Source of the DNA: Abditibacteriaceae bacterium
Lineage (GTDB): Bacteria; Armatimonadota; Abditibacteriia; Abditibacteriales; Abditibacteriaceae
Direction of reading: 5' to 3'
Assembly: GCA_965277285.1 (NCBI GenBank)
Contig: OZ255721.1
Coordinates: forward strand, 1,632,001 to 1,696,000
DNA: 64,000 nt
In this document: positions 1 to 10,098 of the stretch, one piece after another
How positions within the stretch are numbered: the first letter of the stretch is position 1
Layout of the letters: each line of letters starts with the position of its first letter
Program-made: the position numbers and the translations under genes
Notes under the pieces: generated by a model
The model's input: the letters and a program-made list of their open reading frames with translations, nothing else
Told to the model about the DNA's origin: nothing
Database searches by the model: none

Positions 1-1
1 A

Positions 2-262
2 AGGAATAAAATCGAGCCGCCAGAGCCGTTCGACAAAGACTTGTATGAACTGGAGCCGGAAGAAAAGCACGGTTTGCCGACAGTTCCGGGCAGTTTGGAA
101 GCGGTTTTGGACGCGCTCGAAGCCGACCACGATTTCCTGCTGCAAGGCAACGTTTTCACGCCCGACTTGATCGAAATGTATGTCGGCCTCAAGCGCGCCG
201 ATGTCGATGCGCTGCGCCTGCGCCCGCATCCGTATGAGTTCTCGCTGTATTTCGACGTGTAA
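2..262 (+). CDS. glnA: glutamine synthetase type I, C-terminal part (5' truncated by window)
   Basis: KIEPPEPFDKDLYEL...LEADHDFLLQGNVFTPDLI...RLRPHPYEFSLYFDV is the typical GSI C-terminus; frame is open from the window start. Confidence 0.95.
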   Translation, partial: RNKIEPPEPFDKDLYELEPEEKHGLPTVPGSLEAVLDALEADHDFLLQGNVFTPDLIEMYVGLKRADVDALRLRPHPYEFSLYFDV

Positions 263-286
263 ACCATTATCGAGTACTCGATATTC

Positions 287-327
287 AAGCGGCGGCAACG
301 GGAAACTGTTGCCGCCGCTTTTGCTTT
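287..327 (+). terminator. intrinsic terminator after glnA
   Basis: AAGCGGCGGCAAC-gggaaact-GTTGCCGCCGCTT followed by TTGCTTT. Confidence 0.8.
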
Positions 328-358
328 AATACGTTTTCTACGATTTACAGGATAAGAA

Positions 359-640
359 ATGAATGACTTAAAGCAGCGTATCTTCGATAATCCTTTCTGC
401 AATGAAGTGAGGGACGGAGAAATACCAAACAGTCAAAAGTTTGATGACCTTTGCCAAGCACTTGTCGAGCTGGCTGCACAATGGAAATTAAAAACCATGA
501 TTGATAAAGATCTTGTAGCCGACCTCTTTTCCCAATACGCGGTAATTTACGGTAATCTGCTGTCCTATAACGATGCGACGCAACAAGAAAGAGAAATGGT
601 TTTCAAATTAGAGAGTTTAATTTGTGATTGCCTTAGATGA
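359..640 (+). CDS. small AT-rich helical hypothetical protein, possibly immunity-like
   Basis: 93-aa ORF with AGGA upstream; AT-richer than neighbours. Confidence 0.6.
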   Translation: MNDLKQRIFDNPFCNEVRDGEIPNSQKFDDLCQALVELAAQWKLKTMIDKDLVADLFSQYAVIYGNLLSYNDATQQEREMVFKLESLICDCLR

Positions 641-758
641 AACTCTATTTGTGGGCACGTTGTGCAAAATCGAGTACTCGATAAAAGAAAATGGAAAGCG
701 TTCGTCATATTTTCAGGTGGCTGTCGTTGAACGAAAGGGTTTTTGAAAAAGGACGAAA

Positions 759-1454
759 ATGAAACGCTTTTTGATATTGACGACAATTTTGATTTTGGGC
801 GCGACGCTTTCCGCACACGGGACAACCAAAGGTTTGAACCAGATCGTGACGCCGGACGTGCAACCGGAAGGTTTACTGTCGTTGAGCGTACAGCAAGTAC
901 ATCCGCAAATTGACAATCCAACGCAGTTTCAGGTCGAATATGGTTTGACCAAGCGTTTCGAGTTGTCTTATTCGCACGGTTTTTCGCCCTCGCAAGACAG
1001 ACTGGGCGCCGAATACGCGCTAATTCAGAAAAATCCGTATTTGTTATCGGTCGGTTTCCTGAACTTTCAGCGCCATAGTGCGGCGCAGCCATTTATTGAA
1101 AGCGGTTATTACAAAGGCAAAGAGCAATTCAGCGCGGGCGTGGTGCGAGTTTCAGGTCACATTGAACCGATCTTCGGTTATCTGCACACCTTCAATAACT
1201 TCGTGCAATTTTCCGCCGACTATCAACAAGGGCAGGATAATTTCTCAACTGTTGGCTTGACCTTCAATCTGACCAAAAGCCTGGTTTTCAATCCGGCCAT
1301 TTACTTGACTAATTCGACGCCGCGCCACACTTACGGCTACGCGGTCTTGACTTATAACTTCGACCTCAAGCCCAAGCGCAATGCGTCGCCCGATCAGCCC
1401 AATGGTTCGGGAACCGCCAATCAACCAGCTTCGACACCGCCATCACAGAAATAA
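759..1454 (+). CDS. secreted protein, probable outer-membrane beta-barrel
   Basis: Signal peptide MKRFLILTTILILGATLSA; alternating aromatic beta-strands; AAGGA RBS. Confidence 0.65.
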   Translation: MKRFLILTTILILGATLSAHGTTKGLNQIVTPDVQPEGLLSLSVQQVHPQIDNPTQFQVEYGLTKRFELSYSHGFSPSQDRLGAEYALIQKNPYLLSVGFLNFQRHSAAQPFIESGYYKGKEQFSAGVVRVSGHIEPIFGYLHTFNNFVQFSADYQQGQDNFSTVGLTFNLTKSLVFNPAIYLTNSTPRHTYGYAVLTYNFDLKPKRNASPDQPNGSGTANQPASTPPSQK

Positions 1455-1949
1455 CGTGCACGCCAGCAACTGAATTACGGATGGAAGCTGCAATCCGCCA
1501 AGTTCGCCTGCATAAACTAAAACCGTTATCAAGCAGAAAAATTGCCCTCGCCAAAGGAAAACTTTTACAAACCCTGCACGTCCACATGCGGTTTGTTGAA
1601 TTTCGTCGCTACATGAATCTTTAAACTATTTGCGAAAAAGACTGAGACAGCATGTCCGGTGCAAGAAACGGACGTGTGGTTCTCCACTTTTGTGCAACTT
1701 TCAAATCCGCGTAGACCAACTTGTCGTGCAACGTGCCTCGGCCAAAGAGCACCCATGACGCAAATTCATATGCTCGCTTTCACTATCGTTTCTTGGCGCC
1801 TTGCAATTTAATTTCCATTTTCAGAAGTGATTTGATAGGTCATAATTAAGAGACTGCTTCGGCAACTTCGATGCATCATCCTTTTTCACTTCGCCCGTTG
1901 CCAAACCGCCCTTGCCAACTTGCGCTTTACCACATGGATTAAGTCGCCT

Positions 1950-3521
1950 ATGCTGAAATCACGCCGCTCTCTTTATTCGCTACAAACGTTCGGCTTCGAT
2001 CTGGCGGCGCTTCTTGTCGCCTTTATGGCGGCATGGGCGCTGCGCGATTCGCTGGGTCATCTTCTGCTCAACGTCGGCGACCTGCTGGGCTATCCCATGC
2101 ACTCTTTGGTGCGCAAACCCAAAAGCTTGCCGCCGGTTTACCAGGTTCTGCTTTCCACCAATCCTCTCGTCGGTTTCCGCAATTATTTTTGGTTGTTCCT
2201 CATCGCCGTGCCGCCATGGATTTTTTTTCTTAACGCGCAACATGGCTACGATTTTCAAGCTAAGCGCAATTCGCGTCAGCAGTTCGCCATTTGCGCTTAT
2301 GCGGGGATGTTGGGAACAGTCGCGCTGGTAGTTTTGCTGTATTTGATGGGCTTTAAGGTCAGCCGCATTTTGCTGCTCAACTGGATGCTGCTTGGCATCG
2401 GTTTTTTGTGGCTGTCGCGCGCTTTCCTGATGCCGATGTTTGGACGCAATCGGCGCGGCGTTTTACGCAATCTCGTGGTGATCGGCAACCGCCAGGCCGC
2501 GGAACGATTCGCTTATATTTTGGAATTGCCGGCTTATCGCGGTGCGCGATTGCTGGGTTACATTTCCGATGAGGACGCGCCTGCGACTTCGACATCGAGT
2601 ACTGGAAATGCTGGCAAGAAGACTTACACTTTTCGCTGGCTGGGCACTTTGAGCAATTTGGCGAATGTGCTCGATCAGCAAATTGTGGACGAAGTGATTT
2701 TAGTGCGTTCGCAAACCGACGCCACGGGCAGCGCTTCATCGTGGGGCAACACGCTCGAATTGTGTTTGCAGCGTGGACGAACGGTGAGTTTGGTGGACGA
2801 CATGATTCCGCCAGTCGGCGCCAAAGTCGAAGCGACGACGATGGGATCAATGCCGACGTTGGTGATGCACAACACGCCGCAAAACACGCTGGGATTGGCG
2901 ATCAAAGCCTTGATGGATCGCGCGCTTGCCTTGATTGCTTTGACGCTCTTAGCGATTCCTTTCGCAATTATTTCGGTTCTTGTGAAGTTGCACGACGGCG
3001 GGCCAGTATTTTTCTGGCAAGATCGCGTGGGATTGAATGGGCGCGTTTTCAAGTTTTATAAGTTTCGTTCGATGGCCGTCAACGCCCAGGAATTACTCGA
3101 AAAAATGAAGCGCGAAGAGCCGGAAAAATATCGCGCGATCAATATCATGGAAGAGCCGTTTTTCAAGGCCAAAGACGGCGACGACCCGCGCATTACGCCA
3201 GTCGGACGCTTCATACGCAAGTATTCGCTGGATGAACTACCACAGTTCTGGAACGTGTTGCGCGGCGATATGAGTTTGGTCGGGCCGCGTCCGCCGTTGC
3301 CCAAGGAAGTCGCGGAACTCGAGCCATGGCAGCGGCGCAAGCTCAGCGTGAAAGGCGGCCTGACGTGTTTGTGGCAGGTCAGCGGACGCAACGATATTAC
3401 CGAAGTTGACGAATGGATGCGTTTGGACTTAGAATACATCGACAACTGGAGTTTGTGGCTCGATGTCAAACTCTTGTTCAAAACCGTGCAAGTGCTGATC
3501 AAACCCAAAGGCGCCAGTTAA
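1950..3521 (+). CDS. exopolysaccharide polyprenyl glycosylphosphotransferase (WcaJ/WbaP-like)
   Basis: N-terminal TM helices; [59 protein letters not shown]; start uncertain (1920 or 1950). Confidence 0.93.
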   Translation: MLKSRRSLYSLQTFGFDLAALLVAFMAAWALRDSLGHLLLNVGDLLGYPMHSLVRKPKSLPPVYQVLLSTNPLVGFRNYFWLFLIAVPPWIFFLNAQHGYDFQAKRNSRQQFAICAYAGMLGTVALVVLLYLMGFKVSRILLLNWMLLGIGFLWLSRAFLMPMFGRNRRGVLRNLVVIGNRQAAERFAYILELPAYRGARLLGYISDEDAPATSTSSTGNAGKKTYTFRWLGTLSNLANVLDQQIVDEVILVRSQTDATGSASSWGNTLELCLQRGRTVSLVDDMIPPVGAKVEATTMGSMPTLVMHNTPQNTLGLAIKALMDRALALIALTLLAIPFAIISVLVKLHDGGPVFFWQDRVGLNGRVFKFYKFRSMAVNAQELLEKMKREEPEKYRAINIMEEPFFKAKDGDDPRITPVGRFIRKYSLDELPQFWNVLRGDMSLVGPRPPLPKEVAELEPWQRRKLSVKGGLTCLWQVSGRNDITEVDEWMRLDLEYIDNWSLWLDVKLLFKTVQVLIKPKGAS

Positions 3522-3539
3522 AGTGCGCTTTCTCCTCCC

Positions 3540-5720
3540 ATGAAACAACTGCCATTTTTCTTCGTTCCTCTTGCAGTTTGTTCGATGTCTGCCCTCGCGC
3601 GCGCCGACATGGGTGGCGCCAGCGGCTGGGGTCTGGGCGCCAGCGGAGCGAATTCCACCGGACAAAGCGCCAATGGCTATTCCGTGTACTCGATGCACGA
3701 TTACGCTCTGCTTTCGCCGTGGCGCGATAACGCGGCATGGAATCAGCCGCAGGGCACGCAAAACACAATTTCGCGCCACGATTTCACGCAGGCTTTGACG
3801 CAACAAATTCCAGTACTCGGAATGATCAGCGGCTGGCGCAATACATTTCGTGGCGAAGGTGCTACAGCGCGCCGTGAATGGAAGTTCGGCGGCGACGGCA
3901 AAGACGCGACGGTTCTTTCGATGGGCACGCAAGCCTTGCCGCAATATCAATTTTTGGGCTTGAGCGGCAACGCGACCGGAATGGGTTTAAGCGTGGGACG
4001 CTTTAGTTTCGGCTCGACCGTAATGAGCGCGATGATGCAAAAGTTCGCGGATTCCTACGATAGCGCAACCGATGGCAAAGCCGCACCTAAAACGCGCGAT
4101 GCTTCGACTTATACGTGGATGACGGCGCAGGCGATGAACAACGCGCATGGACAGCTCGATTTGGTGATGATGCGCGTCAACCGCGATACGACGCCCGGGC
4201 AAGCCGAAAACAAGAAGATGATCGACGGCACTTCGATGGGAATGCGCGCCGATTTGAAGTTGTGGGCCGACTGGAAAATGCGCGGCGAGTGGATGAACAA
4301 TCGCCGTCAAAACGGAGACGCTGCCAATGCCTGGCACCTGGAAATGGGCGGGCCGTTCCGCAATCCTCTGGGCATCACGCAGGTGAACTTTTGGATGGAC
4401 GCGCGCCAGCCGGGTTTTGCCGCCATGAACGATATGAGGCCGAGCACGGGTTATTCCAACATGAAGATGGTGATGCAGCAAAATATCACGATGGGCAAGA
4501 TGCAGACGGCCTTGCAATGGACGGGCACAAAAAACGAGAACTTGGCCTTGAAAATTTCCAATGGCAACGAGCACGATTCCGATTCGAGCGAAGCTAAAGC
4601 CGATATGAGCTGGAAACTGTCGCCGATTTTGATGATTTCCGCTAATTACTACGACTTCAACAGCCACAAGAATACCATCAGCGGCCAAGACTTGAACGAC
4701 AATTCGACGAGCAACGAAACCGCCAAAGCGAACCTCAACTGGCAGGTTTCTTCCTCGCTTTCGACAACCCTCAACGTGTTGACGCAAAACAGCGAGCAAA
4801 GCACGACTAATGGCAATGTCGTGTACTCGAATCAAACCAATCACCAGGAATCGAGCGCCAACGTGAATTGGAAAGTGTCGCCCGAATTAACGGCGAGCGG
4901 CAGCGTTTCCACCGTCAACAACGACGTCAAAGCCATCAACGGCACCACATCCAATCTCGATAATCTCAACAGTCAGGACGCGCGCGCCAATTTTAACTGG
5001 AAATTGACGCCCGCGATTTCTGCGGTGGCGAACGTTGCCACAACGAATAGCGTGCGCGATACGGGCAGCCTGCCGGACGCGTTGAACGCAGCGGTGACGC
5101 GCCGCCAAGAAGTCGGCGGCGGCGTGCAATGGCAATTGTCGAGCGCTCTGGCGCTTTCGGCGACGACTTCGCAAGTGCGTACATACGTTGATCTGGTAAA
5201 TGCTAATTCTGAGCTTGCCCAACCTTCTTCGCGCCAGAACGATCAACAACTTTCGTTGGGCTTGACACATCGCACCAAAGCCGGAAGTTGGAACGTTCAA
5301 GTGACGCAACACGATTTGAATGATCCCGCAGTCAACAATCTGGCGACACAAGGCCAGACGATCAGTTTGCAAACCGAACGTCAGATTCTGCCGAACCTGC
5401 GTGTCAAAGGCACCTGGAACATGGCGAGCGATGCCGATCTGGCGAACCGCCTGGCGAACGAGCGCGCCGCACGCAGCATCGAAGCGCAATGGGGCTTGAC
5501 TTCGCGCAGCAATCTCAGCATCAACTACAGCGATTGGAACAACCTGCAAAGCCGTCCCAACTTTGCGACCTCGCTGGGCAGCAATCAGCTCGGACTGCGT
5601 TTCAATTGGGGTAGCGCCGTCAAAGGCAACGGCTTGGGACTCGCCGTCGAGTACTCGAGACAGGACACCACCGACCCCAATCAACGCCAACGCTACAAAG
5701 TCGGCCTGACTTATAAATAA
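3540..5720 (+). CDS. large secreted protein, probable outer-membrane beta-barrel with internal repeats
   Basis: Signal peptide; repeated A.(A)N.NW(K/Q)(L/V)SP strand motifs; C-terminal YKVGLTYK. Confidence 0.65.
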   Translation: MKQLPFFFVPLAVCSMSALARADMGGASGWGLGASGANSTGQSANGYSVYSMHDYALLSPWRDNAAWNQPQGTQNTISRHDFTQALTQQIPVLGMISGWRNTFRGEGATARREWKFGGDGKDATVLSMGTQALPQYQFLGLSGNATGMGLSVGRFSFGSTVMSAMMQKFADSYDSATDGKAAPKTRDASTYTWMTAQAMNNAHGQLDLVMMRVNRDTTPGQAENKKMIDGTSMGMRADLKLWADWKMRGEWMNNRRQNGDAANAWHLEMGGPFRNPLGITQVNFWMDARQPGFAAMNDMRPSTGYSNMKMVMQQNITMGKMQTALQWTGTKNENLALKISNGNEHDSDSSEAKADMSWKLSPILMISANYYDFNSHKNTISGQDLNDNSTSNETAKANLNWQVSSSLSTTLNVLTQNSEQSTTNGNVVYSNQTNHQESSANVNWKVSPELTASGSVSTVNNDVKAINGTTSNLDNLNSQDARANFNWKLTPAISAVANVATTNSVRDTGSLPDALNAAVTRRQEVGGGVQWQLSSALALSATTSQVRTYVDLVNANSELAQPSSRQNDQQLSLGLTHRTKAGSWNVQVTQHDLNDPAVNNLATQGQTISLQTERQILPNLRVKGTWNMASDADLANRLANERAARSIEAQWGLTSRSNLSINYSDWNNLQSRPNFATSLGSNQLGLRFNWGSAVKGNGLGLAVEYSRQDTTDPNQRQRYKVGLTYK

Positions 5721-5744
5721 CCACTATCGAGTACTCGATTGAGA

Positions 5745-5782
5745 AACAAAAAAGGAACATCAACTTCGATGTTCCTTTTTGC
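5745..5782 (+). terminator. intrinsic terminator, possibly bidirectional
   Basis: AAAAAGGAACATC-aacttc-GATGTTCCTTTTT. Confidence 0.75.
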
Positions 5783-5819
5783 TGCTTCGGCAAACCTAAA
5801 GTGTTGGTGCCACCAGAAA

Positions 5820-6357
5820 TCACGCCCATTCCCAGTTCGAGTTCAAAGGCGCGCCGCCCTTTTCAATGGCATCTTCCAAAATCTCGCCGCCGTATTCTCG
5901 ATAGAATGAAAAGAGTGACATTTCCTCGTCTTCAGGGCTGAACCTGTACGATCTTACATACGTAACCAATGGAGCGGGTTGCAATTGCCCTGCGAGTGAA
6001 CTCGCGGCTGGGCCTCCCGCGGAGGACAAAGTCAGCCTGCGCCGACTACAAATCGGAAGTGTTTAGTCGGCGAAGGCCGACTTTGTCGCGTGAAACGGGC
6101 CCAGCCGCGAGTTCACTCGCAGGCACATGGGAGACTGGCACCACTGGTTACGTACGGTCAGGTTTCACGTAAACAACGTTTTCTACAGACGATAAAACAG
6201 CTTCCACATAATCACTGGGAAGCTGGAATTCAAGTTTGTTCCGATCGTGGCAATTGACAATTTCATCGAACCTTTTATACCATTCACCAAAATTTTGCCA
6301 TTCTTCTTTCTGGCGAGCCACCTCAAGCAAGCGTCGGTTATTAGAAACCCAACGCAT
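5820..6357 (-). pseudogene. AT-rich hypothetical ORF split by a MITE-like insertion
   Basis: Removing 5965-6154 joins ...YVKPDRT to YVRSYRFSPEDEE...WEWA in frame (about 115 aa). Confidence 0.6.
5965..6148. mobile_element. 184-bp MITE/REPIN-like element with nested inverted repeats, flanked by TACGTA on both sides
   Basis: Ends ACCAATGG/CCACTGGT; arms 5989-6014/6098-6123 and 6025-6048/6064-6087; TACGTA at 5959-5964 and 6149-6154. Confidence 0.75.
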
Positions 6358-6524
6358 TGTAGAATCTAACTACCAAAATTTTATAAAGCCTCAAACGGTT
6401 GAAGTTTGGTTCTCAACCCTCTTTTCTATCGCTCGCGCTGGTGCTTCGGATTCGCCGCGGCAACTCAATCGTTGCGCGGCATGAATGCAAATGTCGCTGT
6501 TCGCGGCCATTCAAGAAGTGCTTG

Positions 6525-7667
6525 TTACGTCTGGTTATCTGTCATTAGGTGGCGATAAATGTCGGCCATGTTTTCGGCCACGCGGCGCCATGTATAAAGC
6601 GCTTCGACCTGGCGTCTGCCCGCTTTACCCATTTCGTGGCGACGCTCGGGATCGTTGCGCAAAGTTTCAATGGCTTGCGCCAGGGCGCGCGAATCGCGTT
6701 CGGGAACGACCAGACCACCTTCGCCGACGACATCGGGAATGGCGCCCGAAGCGGAGCCGATAACGGGAACTTCGCAGGCGTTCGCTTCAATGATGACGCG
6801 CCCAAACTGTTCTTTCCAGCGCGGCGTCGTGCGCGAAGGCAAGACGAAAACATCCATTGCGTTCATCAAAACTGGCAATTCCGCGAGCGCGACCGAACCT
6901 GTAAAACACAATCGAGTACTCAATCCCAGTTCCTGCGCGCGCTTTTCCAATGCTTCCCGAAAATCGCCCGTGCCGATCAAAAGAAGGTTCACTTCGTCGG
7001 CGCAAAACGGCAGAGCTTCGAGCAAGTCCATCAAGCCTTTTTCTTCGATCAATCGACCGGCGTAACCTACGACAAAACCCGTTAAACCCGCTTTTTCGCG
7101 GCAATCGGTTTTGTCCATCGGATGAAAAAGTTCGGCATCGACAGCATTTGGGACGACGCGCGTTTCGCCCCCGAAACCTTTGGCGCGCAAAACTTCGACC
7201 GCTTCGTTGTTGCGCGCCACACAAAAATCGGCGCGTTTCAAGGTGTAAGAGCGAAACGCTTCAAAGGGCGGCGGCAGGGTTTTTAAAATGTTCTGCTCGG
7301 TTTCGCTGACGATTTTCGCGTGTGGAACAATGCGGTCGCGCAGCCAGCACGCATGCGCCGAAACCAGGCCCCACGGTTCTTCCCACAAGTCGATTACGTC
7401 CGGCTGGAACGAACGCAGCAAGCGCGCCAAACCCGGATACCAGTGCAAATACCATTGCCCTTTCCCCGACCAAGACCACAAAGTTTTGCCGACCACAAAG
7501 CGAAATGGCGCGTTTTGCGGCGGTTGCGCGTATTTCCAATCGCCATAAAGAAACCAACGATCCGGCGTCAAAACGCACAATTCCACACCAGGAATTTGCG
7601 CCAGTTGCCACGCTTTGGGTTGACCTTCAACGGTCTGGCACGTATGAGAAATAAGAAGAACGCGCAT
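6525..7667 (-). CDS. glycosyltransferase family 4
   Basis: VPNAVD, YAGRLIEEKG, DVFVLPS...EQFGRVIIEANACEVPVI. Confidence 0.92.
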   Translation of the reverse strand: MRVLLISHTCQTVEGQPKAWQLAQIPGVELCVLTPDRWFLYGDWKYAQPPQNAPFRFVVGKTLWSWSGKGQWYLHWYPGLARLLRSFQPDVIDLWEEPWGLVSAHACWLRDRIVPHAKIVSETEQNILKTLPPPFEAFRSYTLKRADFCVARNNEAVEVLRAKGFGGETRVVPNAVDAELFHPMDKTDCREKAGLTGFVVGYAGRLIEEKGLMDLLEALPFCADEVNLLLIGTGDFREALEKRAQELGLSTRLCFTGSVALAELPVLMNAMDVFVLPSRTTPRWKEQFGRVIIEANACEVPVIGSASGAIPDVVGEGGLVVPERDSRALAQAIETLRNDPERRHEMGKAGRRQVEALYTWRRVAENMADIYRHLMTDNQT

Positions 7668-7821
7668 TGGAATATTTTAGGAAATCGAGTACTCGAAGTG
7701 TGCGACAACGATATAAATGCTGTGCAGTTTTTTCTGCTACCTTGCGCGCGTCCTTGTTTAATCCGCTTGGGAAAGGACAGTATCGTTTCGCGCAAAACTC
7801 GCTTTATTGGCAGTCTTAAGG

Positions 7822-8952
7822 CTACTTTCCGGCGAATGCCTGGCGATAAATGTCCGCTATTTCGCGCGCCATGCGTTGAACTGTAAAGCAATCTTCGTAA
7901 CGTTGGCGCGCTGCCTCGCCCAGACGATTGCGCAGTTCTTCATCGTCCAGCAAATGCGCAATCGCCTGCGCCAAATTATCAGGCGACGAGGGCGCGACCA
8001 AAACGCCGTTTTCGCCGTTGTCCACGATTTCGAGCGGCCCACCAGCGCACGTAGCGACAACCGCTTTCCCCAGCGACATCGCTTCGACCAAAGAGAGGCC
8101 AAACGGCTCATTGGGGCTGGGCAATACAAAAACATCCGCCGCGTTGACCAGCGAGGACACGTCCTTTTGAAAGCCGATCAGGCGGACATTTTCTTCCAGC
8201 TGTTCACGCTGTATTTGCTCTTGCAACTCGTCGCGTTGCGTTCCTTCGCCCGCGATCAGACACAAAACATCCGGCGCGTTGCGGCTCACAATCCCGATGG
8301 CCGCAATCAAAGTCTCGATGCCTTTTTCCGCTCCCAGGCGCGACGCGCAAATCACCATGGGACGCGCGCCAACATCAAACTTTTGGCGCACGGCTTGGGG
8401 CAAATCGAGTACTCGATGGCATCCATCGGGAACACCATTCAAGACGATCACAATTTTGTTGGCAGCAGCCTGACCGCGTTCCAGCATCGCGTTTCGCACA
8501 GCCTGAGAAATAGCGATAAACATGGTGACGCGATGGCTCACCCAGCGATGCGCCGCGCCGGAAAGCGCACCTTGGAGGCCGCTTTGTCCCGTATGATTGG
8601 GCGCCAGAAAATGCTGCGTCATCACCAATTGGCCGCGACGCGCCAAAGTCACCGCCAACGCTGCCGCCAGCGCCGTGCGACCATTGTGCGCATGAATAAT
8701 GTCGAGGCGACCCGATTTCAACAAGCGCCGCAGCAGGCGAACCGCGTTCCAGTCGATGAAACCGCGCTTGGGAATCGCAATGACATCAATGTCGGCGTTG
8801 CGGCAATGTTCCTCGAGCGGCGACGGCACCGGACACGCCACGCGCACGGCGATTTCGCCCGCAAAATCGGTGCACAACGACGAAGCCAGATCAAAAATAT
8901 GGCGCTCGGTACCCGCGAAAACATCGGCGTCGGTCAGCAATAAAACGTGCAT
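7822..8952 (-). CDS. glycosyltransferase family 4
   Basis: DIIHAH, VLNGV, RLGAEKG, DVFVLPS.NEPFGLSLVEAM. Confidence 0.92.
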   Translation of the reverse strand: MHVLLLTDADVFAGTERHIFDLASSLCTDFAGEIAVRVACPVPSPLEEHCRNADIDVIAIPKRGFIDWNAVRLLRRLLKSGRLDIIHAHNGRTALAAALAVTLARRGQLVMTQHFLAPNHTGQSGLQGALSGAAHRWVSHRVTMFIAISQAVRNAMLERGQAAANKIVIVLNGVPDGCHRVLDLPQAVRQKFDVGARPMVICASRLGAEKGIETLIAAIGIVSRNAPDVLCLIAGEGTQRDELQEQIQREQLEENVRLIGFQKDVSSLVNAADVFVLPSPNEPFGLSLVEAMSLGKAVVATCAGGPLEIVDNGENGVLVAPSSPDNLAQAIAHLLDDEELRNRLGEAARQRYEDCFTVQRMAREIADIYRQAFAGK

Positions 8953-8961
8953 AAAAGAAAA

Positions 8962-10098
8962 CTAATTCATCGTGCCATAACGCAGCAACACATCTTCGTA
9001 ACGCGGCAAAAGATGCGGCCACGAGTACTCGATCACCGAAGCCGCGACTTCTTCGGGCGCCAACGGTTTGTCCAGCAACAAATGCAACTTGCTCGTTATC
9101 TCATCGACATCGCGCGGATGATCGAGCAGAATTCCGCTTTGACCTTCGCGCACCGCAACCGCAGCGCCGGCCAGTCGGCTGGTTAAAACCGGCAGGCCGC
9201 ACGCCATCGCTTCGACGATCACCAAGCCCCAGGCTTCGTACTGCGTTGGCAAGGCGAAAAGGTCGGACGCCGCGTAAAAGGCCGCAACATCGTTGCTTGG
9301 CCCGGTGAAATGCACGCGTTCGCCCAATTTTAAGCGCCCAATTTGAGCGGCGCAAGCGCTCGGGTTCAAACGCCCGACTGCAAGCAAATGAACGTGATTG
9401 TCATTCAAGGCCGCAACCGCTTCCAACAACGGAAAAAACCCTTTGCGCTCCAGTTCGTTGGCTACAAAAACGACGACTTTGTCATCCTCTTGAAAGCCCA
9501 GCTTTTGGCGCATCGCAGCGCGTTCGGCGTGGCGCCGCGCGATGTTGAACTCGTCCGGCGCGAAACCGTTGTTGACGACCGTAATGTCGGAACCGGGCAC
9601 GCCATAAAAACGCATGATGTCACTTTTCACGGTTTCGGTCAGGGCGACGACGTGCTTGTATTGGCGTCCTTCGAGTTGCTCGCGTTCAAGCTTTAAAATC
9701 AGGCCATGAAACGGATTGAGTTTTTGCTTCAATCGACCTTTCCAATCGCGCTCGCGGTGGCTGATTTCAAGCCAGGCGCGATGCACGCTTTGCATCCACA
9801 CCACGCTGTTTGGCGGAGCCAGAACGCCAAAACTGCCGATGGTTTCAGGCGGCGGTTGCATTTTCTCCAGTGCCTCACGCGATAATGCGCGGAATTGAGT
9901 CACAGTTTTGACCGGAGATGTGGTGCTGAGCGCGACTTTGTGGCGAATCACAGCCGCATCAAGCACTTGATCGTCCCATTCATTGGCGAAAATATGCGTT
10001 TCGTGCCCGCGGCCATGCAAAAAGTTAGCGGCCTCAAGCATTACGCGCTCGATGCCGCCCCGACGGTAGCAGCCGGGAAAAGAAAGTGCAACTCTCAT
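8962..10098 (-). CDS. glycosyltransferase family 4 (RfaG-like)
   Basis: GGIER, ERKG, DLFALPTQYEAWGLVIVEAMACGLPV. Confidence 0.92.
   Translation of the reverse strand: MRVALSFPGCYRRGGIERVMLEAANFLHGRGHETHIFANEWDDQVLDAAVIRHKVALSTTSPVKTVTQFRALSREALEKMQPPPETIGSFGVLAPPNSVVWMQSVHRAWLEISHRERDWKGRLKQKLNPFHGLILKLEREQLEGRQYKHVVALTETVKSDIMRFYGVPGSDITVVNNGFAPDEFNIARRHAERAAMRQKLGFQEDDKVVVFVANELERKGFFPLLEAVAALNDNHVHLLAVGRLNPSACAAQIGRLKLGERVHFTGPSNDVAAFYAASDLFALPTQYEAWGLVIVEAMACGLPVLTSRLAGAAVAVREGQSGILLDHPRDVDEITSKLHLLLDKPLAPEEVAASVIEYSWPHLLPRYEDVLLRYGTMN

Noticed and set aside
1455..1949. Long intergenic region upstream of the EPS transferase as a riboswitch or sigma54 promoter
   Set aside because: No recognisable aptamer, and TTGGCGCCTTGC lacks the -24/-12 spacing.
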